In this document: positions 7,939 through 15,643 of the stretch, piece after piece
Layout of the letters: the number at the start of each line of letters is the position of its first letter
How positions within the stretch are numbered: the first letter of the stretch is position 1
Source: Candidatus Heimdallarchaeota archaeon
GTDB taxonomy: Archaea > Asgardarchaeota > Heimdallarchaeia > Hodarchaeales > Hodarchaeaceae
Assembly: GCA_048881705.1 (NCBI GenBank)
Contig: JBHLSH010000062.1
Location: forward strand, 1 to 23,411
Direction of reading: 5' to 3'
Length of the DNA stretch: 23,411 bases
Program-made: the position numbers and the translations under genes
Notes under the pieces: model-generated
Database searches by the model: none
The model's input: only the letters and a program-made list of their open reading frames with translations
What the model was told of the DNA's origin: nothing

Positions 7939-9267
7939 TTAGGATTTATTTCGTCTTTTTCTTTCGATTAAGCAGACGATTAATGCAACAAAACCAATTA
8001 GGCCTGAATACAACGTTATATTTGACGTAATTGGGGTGTCCATCACGTCTGTTCCTACAGACGACATGTCTGAAGAACTAGTACCAAAAGAACCAGTCGT
8101 TACTAACAGCATATCTGAAGAGCCAGAACCAAAAGAATACGTACTTCCTGCGAGGATGTAATCTTCGTCACCTGTTTGAATCACCTTGGAAGCAGCATCA
8201 TAGCCGAATCCCCCAAACGTCTGGTTCCATTCCGTGCTACCATTTTCATCAATTTTTACCAACCACATATCACCTTGCCCCATACCAAATGACCAGGTTC
8301 GTCCTGCTAGCGCATATCCTTGATCATGGGTCTTGATCATTGAATAACCATTATCCTTCGCTTCTCCCCCATAAGTTTGGTTCCATTGTACCAGGCCTTT
8401 TTCATCGATTCTTATCATCCATAGGTCTGCTGAACCAAGCCCAAATGAGTACGTACTCCCAGCAAGCGTATATCCGCCATCATGAGTTTGTACAACAGCT
8501 ACTGCTTCTTCGGGCCCTATTCCTCCATACGTATGGCTCCACTCAATGCCTCCTGTTTCATTGGTTTTTACTAGCCACATATCACTCTGCCCTGCCCCGA
8601 CTGACATAGTTTTTCCAACGAGTGCATACCCTCCGTCTTTCGTTGATACGAGAGAATAACCGTGGTCTAACATAGTCCCCCCAAAGGTCTGATTCCATTC
8701 CACGATTCCCGTTTCATCGGTCTTTATTAGCCACATATCATCATCCCCTTCGCCGTACGATCCGGTATATCCTACCAATGCAAAACCCCCATCTGGTGCC
8801 TGAACCACTGAGCGAGCAATATCCAATTTTGGACCTCCATATGTATGGTCCCATACGATCTCGCCGTTATCATTAACTCGTACCAACCACCCATCTGCAT
8901 TTCCCTCTATACCTGACTCTGTATATCCCGCCAAAACATATCCCCCATCAGCCATTTGGATGACGCTAGAACCTACCTCGTTATATTTTCCGCCGTAGGT
9001 GTGGTTCCATTCCGCGGTTCCATTCTCATCGGTTTTTACTAGCCAAAGATCCATCTTTCCTTCCCCGAAGGATTCAGTTGAACCAACAAGTAGATACCCC
9101 CCGTCCAAGGTCTGGATAACTGAATATGCGTAATCGAATGTAGTTCCGCCATAGGTCCGATTACTCCATTCACTTCCCGTCCTCAAGGATGAAAGCTTAT
9201 CCGCCTGAGGATCATATCTGGAAATAGTTTGTAATTGGATGTTTTGAAGACTGAGAATGAGTAACAA
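7939..9267 (-). CDS. Secreted seven-repeat beta-propeller surface protein with C-terminal TM anchor
   Basis: Seven ~52-aa repeats WN.TYGG...SV.QT.DGGY.LAG.T.S.G.G..D.WL.K.D..G, a Ser/Thr linker, a TM helix and the basic tail RKRRNKS. No in-frame ATG before an upstream stop, so the start is uncertain. Confidence 0.85.
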   Translation of the reverse strand: MLLILSLQNIQLQTISRYDPQADKLSSLRTGSEWSNRTYGGTTFDYAYSVIQTLDGGYLLVGSTESFGEGKMDLWLVKTDENGTAEWNHTYGGKYNEVGSSVIQMADGGYVLAGYTESGIEGNADGWLVRVNDNGEIVWDHTYGGPKLDIARSVVQAPDGGFALVGYTGSYGEGDDDMWLIKTDETGIVEWNQTFGGTMLDHGYSLVSTKDGGYALVGKTMSVGAGQSDMWLVKTNETGGIEWSHTYGGIGPEEAVAVVQTHDGGYTLAGSTYSFGLGSADLWMIRIDEKGLVQWNQTYGGEAKDNGYSMIKTHDQGYALAGRTWSFGMGQGDMWLVKIDENGSTEWNQTFGGFGYDAASKVIQTGDEDYILAGSTYSFGSGSSDMLLVTTGSFGTSSSDMSSVGTDVMDTPITSNITLYSGLIGFVALIVCLIERKRRNKS

Positions 9268-9510
9268 CGATAATATGAGGAATAATCTCAGCGTTGACCC
9301 CTCTTTACAGAAATCCGACCCACATTATACTTGAGTCTTGCTTATAACTGCTATGGCTTTGAGCTGATCTGCTTTTTCCTTGCTTTTAGATGGTTCTCGA
9401 TACATGCAGCTAAGTAATTTTCATTATCCTCAAGTGTATGACTGATATATCCTGAATCTTCTAAGACAAAACCTACGAATTGCTTCTTTCAATTCAGAAT
9501 ATCTTCAAGA

Positions 9511-9641
9511 AAAAAGTGATAAAGCTCCTTCCCCGTCTTAAAAAGAGAAAAGATGTTGGAGGTTATTTCTGGGTATAGAGCTGTTCCACTTCAGGCTGTG
9601 ACAAGAGGTAGAGCGCCGCAATCCCAAAGATGGTTCCAAAG
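9511..9641 (-). repeat. Native copy of the repeated unit (3' end and downstream tract of the intact gene)
   Basis: aaagctccttccccg...aaaagagaaaagatgttggaggttatttctgggtatagagctgttccacttcagg overlaps the stop of 9563-10144. Confidence 0.95.
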
Positions 9642-10144
9642 GGTAAGTTGATCAAATTCAGGGCTCCAATTACCATAGTTCCAATTCGCCCCGAATTCTC
9701 ATATTTCATGAGGCGCTTCCCACTGATAATACTGGCGAAGGCATATACCAAACACACCAAGGCTACTCCAAAGAGTATCACCGCGAGGAACGGAGCTATC
9801 TTCATCAGAATTACCTGCGTTTCCGGCTCCTCAATGAGCCCAGACCGCAGGAGCACATTAAATAACGGTGCCAATGCCAATAGCGCCATCCCAATCAAAA
9901 GCGCGAATACCCCAAAAACGATCTCAACGACCCCAAGAATTTGTATGTATCCTCTGTAGGTCTCTTGACGCGAGGGTTTCGGAACGTAAACATTCCCTGG
10001 CTTCCGTACCGCTAATTCCGTCCCACAGGCCTGACAAAAGAAATCCTCAGCGCCTACACTCGATCCACACTTCGTACAATATTTCGAAGCGGCTTGAAAC
10101 TCAATTTTTTTCTCGGTTGCTTTTGTACTATACATCCTCTTCAC
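9563..10144 (-). CDS. Zinc-ribbon membrane protein; anchor gene of the cassette array
   Basis: CTKCG...FCQACG double CxxC followed by 3-4 TM helices and the conserved tail NLPFGTIFGIAALYLLSQPEVEQLYTQK. Confidence 0.85.
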   Translation of the reverse strand: MKRMYSTKATEKKIEFQAASKYCTKCGSSVGAEDFFCQACGTELAVRKPGNVYVPKPSRQETYRGYIQILGVVEIVFGVFALLIGMALLALAPLFNVLLRSGLIEEPETQVILMKIAPFLAVILFGVALVCLVYAFASIISGKRLMKYENSGRIGTMVIGALNLINLPFGTIFGIAALYLLSQPEVEQLYTQK

Positions 10145-10150
10145 TTACTC

Positions 10151-10765
10151 TCATCGAATATTTCGGGTGTCATTCTTGTGGCGAGAACCAAACACAACAA
10201 CTAATCCTGGAATAATGAAACAGCACATTACAATTACCATCAGGATAATTTTCCATGGAAACGCTGAAAAGCTCCAATTTCCAAAGTTACTACCGAATTC
10301 TGACCCCATGTGACCCATCTCGCCACCAAAGCGTCCAAAGAATTCGCCCAGGCCTCTGCCAAGTTCACCAAACACTGTTCCCATGTGCCCTCCAAATTCT
10401 CCGAAGCCTCCAAAGAAAGCAGGGGCAAATATCGCTAGTAACGCCATTATCGCGATCATAAAGAATACAAATCCGACCAACGACCCAACAAACGAACCCG
10501 AATGGCACGACTCCCGTGTCCGATATACACGGTACGGCCGTACCCGACGAACTTCATGTGCTGGTACAAACTCTACCCGTTGAGCGACCGGCTCTTTCTG
10601 GGGTCCTGGCATCCGTATTGGCGCCTCCTCGTCTTCACTTGGGGTTCCCCAGGTCTGAACAGGCTTAACTTCGTTTTCTATGGGCCGTAACCTCTGGCCA
10701 CAATTCGGGCAGAATAATGAATCATCTTCGTTTTGGGCTCCACACTGCGTACAATATCTCATCAT
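10151..10765 (-). CDS. Zinc-ribbon membrane protein with Gly/Phe-rich loop
   Basis: YCTQCGAQN.....FCPNCG, two TM helices around FGGFGEFGG...FGRFGG. Stop lies 6 bp before the start of the next gene. Confidence 0.85.
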   Translation of the reverse strand: MMRYCTQCGAQNEDDSLFCPNCGQRLRPIENEVKPVQTWGTPSEDEEAPIRMPGPQKEPVAQRVEFVPAHEVRRVRPYRVYRTRESCHSGSFVGSLVGFVFFMIAIMALLAIFAPAFFGGFGEFGGHMGTVFGELGRGLGEFFGRFGGEMGHMGSEFGSNFGNWSFSAFPWKIILMVIVMCCFIIPGLVVVFGSRHKNDTRNIR

Positions 10766-10790
10766 TTTTCCACCTTTCGCCTTATTCGCA

Positions 10791-11036
10791 TCAATTTCGT
10801 CCCGCTACTCTGTAGTAGTGACGTCTCATATCATACATGTCTGGCACACGTACAATCAGATCCGCATTCAATAACTGTCGGAGGGCCTGACGCACCGTCC
10901 GCGAGGAATATCGCGTCCGCGCCTCTATGTCTCCAACATACATTTTCTCCGTAGTTTCCAACGTAGCAAACACTCTTTGGACACTCGGTGACATTACTCC
11001 CACCAACCGCTTTCCAAATCGAATACTACTTGACAT
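10791..11036 (-). CDS. Small archaeal winged-HTH (MarR/ArsR-like) regulator
   Basis: SPSVQRVFATL...YSSRTVRQALRQL...IVRVPDMYDMRRHYY resembles stand-alone archaeal wHTH proteins. First gene of a three-gene operon. Confidence 0.75.
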   Translation of the reverse strand: MSSSIRFGKRLVGVMSPSVQRVFATLETTEKMYVGDIEARTRYSSRTVRQALRQLLNADLIVRVPDMYDMRRHYYRVAGRN

Positions 11037-11064
11037 TTCGTCTTTTCACCTTACGAAACTCTTC

Positions 11065-11152
11065 ATCTAGATACATATCTAGTTCAATTAGGTTTCGCAT
11101 CTAGATCTATAAAAAGCTAACTATGCGGGCATCTAGTTATATCGCCATCTAG
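11065..11152 (-). promoter_or_regulatory. Promoter/operator region with five ATCTAG boxes and a TATA-like element
   Basis: ATCTAG at 11065, 11077, 11099, 11131 and 11147. Minus-strand TTTATA at about 11113-11108 and a GGTGA SD-like motif just upstream of the wHTH start. Confidence 0.55.
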
Positions 11153-11442
11153 CTAACCTTCAAAAATGGAGGAGATTGATTTATTTTGGTTTTATTACCC
11201 TCTGTGTCCAATCGATGGTGCACCACATCTATTGGGAACTCATTAGTTTTAAGTAGGGAAGCTTGACCGTTGATAACCAGTTGTTCACCATTTCTGAAGG
11301 CTTCAGGAGGGAGGAATATCATTTGGATACTCCTCGCTAGGTACCTGGAAATCTCACGTATTTGTTCACAAAAAGGGGGAGCAGAATCTCTCGATAAGGA
11401 ACTCAAATGAACTGGATGACAATTCGGAAATTGAAATCGTGA

Positions 11443-11670
11443 TCTTTGGTAGCTTATTAGGTTTGGTCGTCCATCTGCAGTGATGAGTGAACCCAAGTCT
11501 ACTCCTGTGCAATTTCCGCTGGCCATTTTCAAAGCAGTGGAACACATGCTTCGGGGGATGAACTACGATCAGCAGTACGAGGTGGATAAAGCCAAAAGAC
11601 ATTATCACACCACGTCAAAGATCTTATTAGACGTCATAAAATGTGTTTCGAAGTACCGTATTGGAAGCTT
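11443..11670 (+). pseudogene. Truncated, frameshifted duplicate of the 5' UTR and MIT-like region of the Vps4-like gene (direct repeat of about 15604-15832)
   Basis: Shared tctttggtagcttattagg leader and 55 collinear codons from ATG 11483. A 1-bp deletion follows, then EVPYWKL versus DVPYEKL in the shifted frame. Confidence 0.93.
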
Positions 11671-11883
11671 CAAGGTAGTACAGTAACCATTATTCCACCC
11701 GTAAGCATTATGGGATCCCCGCTACATGAAAACGTCCATGTCATTGTAAAGTCAAGGGCGTTGTCAAAGACTATTAATGTAGACTCCTTTTCTTTCTTGG
11801 TGGATTGCCCCTTGTCATTGTCTTTTAGGCGAGAATACTACCAATGCGTTCTTCCCAATTTGGATGGAATAAACTAAGTACTG

Positions 11884-12564
11884 CTAAAGTAGAAGGGAGG
11901 GAACTAAATAGCTCATTATTTTCTTTTCCGCCCTTCTAAGATGTTCTTCATAGGTTCTACGATGGATGTTCATCTCTTTAGCCAGGTTTTCTAAGAAAAC
12001 ACTCCGTGGTAACTCATAATATCCCTTTCTATAAGCAAGCTTAAGTGCCTCTCGTTGTTTTGAAGTTAAATCATTTTTCAGAACATCTAGGGGAAGATAA
12101 AATGGATACGGTTCAGTAACGCTCTTCAGAGGTGCGAGTTTTAGTACATCCACTTTTGCACTAGGATCTTCCCTACGAATATCTTCGAGGATTAATCCTG
12201 CCTCCTCCGGTGTAACAATAAGATTGCTGATTTCTCGTCCTGCAAAATACTTCACTGGTGGAAGTTCAAGACAATTATATTTGTTGAAAATTTTATCTAA
12301 ACGAAGCACATCATAATAACAAAGGTCAACCACGAGTTGTACATGACCTTGATCAGGGAAAATAGCAATAACATTTCCTAGGGCCTCTTTCACATCTGTG
12401 ATTGCTGCTTCGAGATCTTTCTTACCTCCTTTTAATTCAATAATATCATGTTCAGCATTACACCAGCGTTGGATTTCAATTCTTGGATGATTTTGTGAAA
12501 AAGCCGAGAATTTACAATTGTGTTGAATTTCAAGTATGAAGGTGTATAACATTGAGCTCTCCAA
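11884..12564 (-). CDS. Archaeal regulator with C-terminal bacterio-opsin-activator-type HTH (HTH_10)
   Basis: LTSKQREALKLAYRKGYYELPR...LAKEMNIHRRTYEEHLRRAEKKI. Confidence 0.9.
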   Translation of the reverse strand: MESSMLYTFILEIQHNCKFSAFSQNHPRIEIQRWCNAEHDIIELKGGKKDLEAAITDVKEALGNVIAIFPDQGHVQLVVDLCYYDVLRLDKIFNKYNCLELPPVKYFAGREISNLIVTPEEAGLILEDIRREDPSAKVDVLKLAPLKSVTEPYPFYLPLDVLKNDLTSKQREALKLAYRKGYYELPRSVFLENLAKEMNIHRRTYEEHLRRAEKKIMSYLVPSLLL

Positions 12565-12678
12565 AGAAAAAAAGTGCCTCCTCTATATAACTTTACCGAC
12601 GTATGACTATCCGCATAATTATTTATCCCGTCATATGGAGGGTATGATTTATTATATCTCGAAGCACGGTATTTAATC

Positions 12679-13710
12679 ATGCAAAATCAAGAAAATAGTT
12701 CACATTCAATTATATCCTCCCCAAGTATCTTCAATTTCAATGCATGGTCATCTCATCGCAGTGCACAGCTTGTGCTATTTCTCGCAAATATTATTTGGGG
12801 AATCACTCCCCTATTTATTGAAATATCATTAGGTTATTTCACACCCCTTCAAACAACAACTCTCAGGTTTGGAGTCGCGGTATTGGTATTTTCTGTCATC
12901 ATAGCTCTGATGAAGGGGCGAAGCGGGTTTTCCATGCTATCAGGAAAAACAGTAATCACATTAGGATGGTTAGATGCGTTAGCGTATATAACAGTCACCG
13001 TTGGACAGGATATTACCACACCAGGCCTGGCTTTATTGGTTTCGTCATTTTATATATTCTTTGTCCCATTTCTTGCTTGGAAGATTGAAGGAACTGAATT
13101 AAGCGGGAGGGTAATAGTGATTGGAATTGTTGGGCTGGGAGGGATTTTTTTGATCAGTTTTAATGGAGATTGGACAAGTTTTTCCAATTCATCTATAATC
13201 GGGATAATTATCTTGATGCTGGCTGCTTTCATGTGGGGTTTTTACACCGTCATAACGGGAAAATTTCTGAATAAAGCAAAATCAGAACGTGAAGAAATTG
13301 ATCTCATGAGTCTTACATATGCGAGTCTCTTTCACACTTTTCTGGCACTGTTAATTCTGTCAATGATGACTGGTGATGTATCTTTTCATTTTCATCTCGA
13401 ATTACTACCTTATATCTTATTCTTGGGGATTTTCCCAACTATTATTGCCTTAGGTTCATGGAACTGGGCTATGGCTAGGTTAGGTTCAATTAATACCTCT
13501 TTTTTGCAATTATTTCAAATCATTATTCCGTTTATTTTAGAACTCATCTTTTTACAACAATTCTATTCAATATGGACATATACTGGGATTTTTCTGGTAT
13601 TTCTATCTATCATTTGGATAGACAAAGGAAAAAACTATGGCATGGAAAAAAAACAGCAGATAGAAATAAAAATGGGGGAAATCTATCGAGTGAAGGAGAA
13701 GATGATATGA
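12679..13710 (+). CDS. EamA/DMT-family transporter
   Basis: About 10 TM helices, ANIIWG, TTLRFGVA and duplicated EamA pattern. Divergent from the HTH_10 regulator. Confidence 0.88.
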   Translation: MQNQENSSHSIISSPSIFNFNAWSSHRSAQLVLFLANIIWGITPLFIEISLGYFTPLQTTTLRFGVAVLVFSVIIALMKGRSGFSMLSGKTVITLGWLDALAYITVTVGQDITTPGLALLVSSFYIFFVPFLAWKIEGTELSGRVIVIGIVGLGGIFLISFNGDWTSFSNSSIIGIIILMLAAFMWGFYTVITGKFLNKAKSEREEIDLMSLTYASLFHTFLALLILSMMTGDVSFHFHLELLPYILFLGIFPTIIALGSWNWAMARLGSINTSFLQLFQIIIPFILELIFLQQFYSIWTYTGIFLVFLSIIWIDKGKNYGMEKKQQIEIKMGEIYRVKEKMI

Positions 13711-14795
13711 ATATATTTTTATCAATTGTAATCGTATTAGGATTGTTACTGACGCTTTTTCTTGGATTACTGCTGTATAGGGTGTTTTTGAGATATTCGA
13801 CCAAAATAGACTCACCAAATGGTATAAGTTCATTAGAAGAACTTACGCTAGGCGGTATGAAACAATGGATCTTTATCAGAGGTATAGATCAAAACAATCC
13901 AGTTTTACTCTTTTTACATGGCGGTCCAGGAGCTCCTTTACTAGGAATATCCAGCTCCCGTAAAAAAGATAACGAACTGATTAAACATTTTACCGTAGTG
14001 CATTGGGATCAACGAGGGGCTGGTAAATCGTATTATCAGGATATTCCTGCTCATTCAATAACCTATGACCGCTTTGTCGAGGACTGCAATGAATTAATTG
14101 ATTATTTGCTTAATAGGTTTCACACCCCAAAACTGTTTATCGTCGCACATTCAGGGGGGACTGTTATAGGCATGAAAGCCGTGCACAGATATCCGGAAAA
14201 AGTATATGCCTATGTTGGAGTAGCGCAATCTATCGATGGGTATGAGGAACAAAAAGTCGCTTACGATTTCGTCCTTGAACAAGCTGAAAAAACTGGTGAT
14301 CTAAGGAGATATAATGAAGTCAAGGCCATAGGCTCTCCCCCTTATGACTCGCCAAGCAAGTACTTAAAACTCGCAAGGCATATTGGGCGTTACGGAGGCT
14401 TTATAGCTGATTCAGGTATTAAACAATATCTTACAATGGGAATCTTAATGACCGACTTCATCACTTCACCCGAATATTCATTATCAGAAGGAGTTCAAAC
14501 GTTCCTAAATAAAGGATTTACTTTTACTATGAAGGCGATCTGGGAGGAATACAAAAACATCAGTCTGACAAAAGAAATTCAATCAATTAAAGTCCCCACA
14601 TACTTTTTTGAAGGCAAATATGATATGACGACGCCCACTGTTCTTGTTGAGAGATTCTATGACAATTTAAATGCTGAAAAGGGAAAATATCTCATAATTT
14701 TTGAAAAGTCCGGTCATCTTCCCATGATTGAAGAAAAAGAACGATACGAGGAATTATTGATAAATACTGTATTGAAAAAGACGCACCATGTATGA
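13707..14795 (+). CDS. Alpha/beta hydrolase (prolyl iminopeptidase-like) with N-terminal TM anchor
   Basis: FLHGGPG, HWDQRGAGKS, AHSGG nucleophile elbow and SGH. Start placed at the ATGA overlap with the EamA stop, after an AAGGAG SD. Confidence 0.88.
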   Translation: MNIFLSIVIVLGLLLTLFLGLLLYRVFLRYSTKIDSPNGISSLEELTLGGMKQWIFIRGIDQNNPVLLFLHGGPGAPLLGISSSRKKDNELIKHFTVVHWDQRGAGKSYYQDIPAHSITYDRFVEDCNELIDYLLNRFHTPKLFIVAHSGGTVIGMKAVHRYPEKVYAYVGVAQSIDGYEEQKVAYDFVLEQAEKTGDLRRYNEVKAIGSPPYDSPSKYLKLARHIGRYGGFIADSGIKQYLTMGILMTDFITSPEYSLSEGVQTFLNKGFTFTMKAIWEEYKNISLTKEIQSIKVPTYFFEGKYDMTTPTVLVERFYDNLNAEKGKYLIIFEKSGHLPMIEEKERYEELLINTVLKKTHHV

Positions 14796-14924
14796 TCAAC
14801 GATTTGCCAAATGAACGGAACCGATACTTCAGTATTTTTCATGGAGTAAAAACTTAAAAGGTGGAACGACTCGGAAATGACTTAAATCCACTTACCAATC
14901 ACGGATTTTGCGATGAGGTCTTCT

Positions 14925-15386
14925 ATGAAATTCCTTGTGGCCTATTATTCGAGAACCGGAAATACTAAAACCCTTGGAATCGTCATCGGGAAAGCCCTTT
15001 CAGCGGATATCGATGAGATCATTGACAAGAAAAAACGCGTTGGAATAGTCAACTGGATACGAGCTGGACGCGATGCCCAAGGCAAAAAGCTAACGGAGAT
15101 TCAATTCGAAAAGAATCCGCAGGACTATGATTTGATCGTAATAGGATCTCCTATCTGGGGTGGTAATCTAACACCAGCTGTTCGGACCTATCTGACCATG
15201 CACAATTTGAAAGGGAAGAAAATTGGGTTTTTCATTTACTCAGCTATCGACAGATATGCTAAGGTCTTTCATCAACTCAAGGAAATGACTCCAGAATCAG
15301 AACACGCTGGCATTTTTACCGCATCACGATTCAGAAGAGGTGGCTACGAACCCGAACTTAATGCATTTATTGAAAAGCTCAAATGA
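14925..15386 (+). CDS. Flavodoxin-like protein
   Basis: LVAYYSRTGNT FMN loop and LIVIGSPIWGG. GAGGT SD precedes ATG 14925 (alternative start 14913). Confidence 0.88.
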   Translation: MKFLVAYYSRTGNTKTLGIVIGKALSADIDEIIDKKKRVGIVNWIRAGRDAQGKKLTEIQFEKNPQDYDLIVIGSPIWGGNLTPAVRTYLTMHNLKGKKIGFFIYSAIDRYAKVFHQLKEMTPESEHAGIFTASRFRRGGYEPELNAFIEKLK

Positions 15387-15389
15387 TGT

Positions 15390-15505
15390 GGTCTTGGGTT
15401 GTATTTAAGTCGAAATGTCATCGAGAAACATGGCGGAAGGCTGACTGCCTCTAGTGAAGGCGAAAACCAAAGGGCCACATTTACGTTTACTCTCCCGCGT
15501 GAAGA
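15390..15505 (+). pseudogene. C-terminal remnant of a histidine kinase HATPase_c domain
   Basis: GLGLYLSRNVIEKHGGRLTASSEGENQRATFTFTLP (G2 box to domain end). No upstream kinase; begins 3 bp after the flavodoxin stop. Confidence 0.75.
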
Positions 15506-15643
15506 ATTAGAGGAGAATTACCTACACTCACGTTCTACCTCCTCCAGTGGAATAAGGTTCTTTTCTCCGAAAACTTTTCTTTGACTCAGAATTTGTAAAT
15601 TATTCTTTGGTAGCTTATTAGGTTGGCTTGCCCACATTCAGTG

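Noticed and set aside
7939-9267. Propeller repeats as a DNA-level mobile or variable repeat
   Set aside because: The similarity is protein-level and old, with no exact DNA tandem repeats.
1-9641. Repeats as a CRISPR array or as tRNA-derived att sites
   Set aside because: Spacers are kilobase gene modules, repeats are 70-185 bp and variable, there are no cas genes, and there is no tRNA fold.
9630-10874. Overlapping plus-strand ORFs (9630-9959, 9868-10215, 10255-10461, 10383-10583, 10502-10690, 10680-10874, 10733-10954)
   Set aside because: Antisense shadows of the GC-richer minus-strand operon, without motifs.
11149-11547. 132-aa minus-strand ORF
   Set aside because: The first third is antisense to the vps4-like fragment and there is no recognisable motif. 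The distal part could be a remnant but cannot be supported.
11641-11877. 78-aa ORF
   Set aside because: Only EVPYWKL reflects the frameshifted ATPase remnant; the rest appears to be chance read-through.
13572-13706. Extended N-terminus of the alpha/beta hydrolase
   Set aside because: It overlaps the EamA gene. The ATGA-coupled start at 13707 with an SD and signal-anchor is more plausible.
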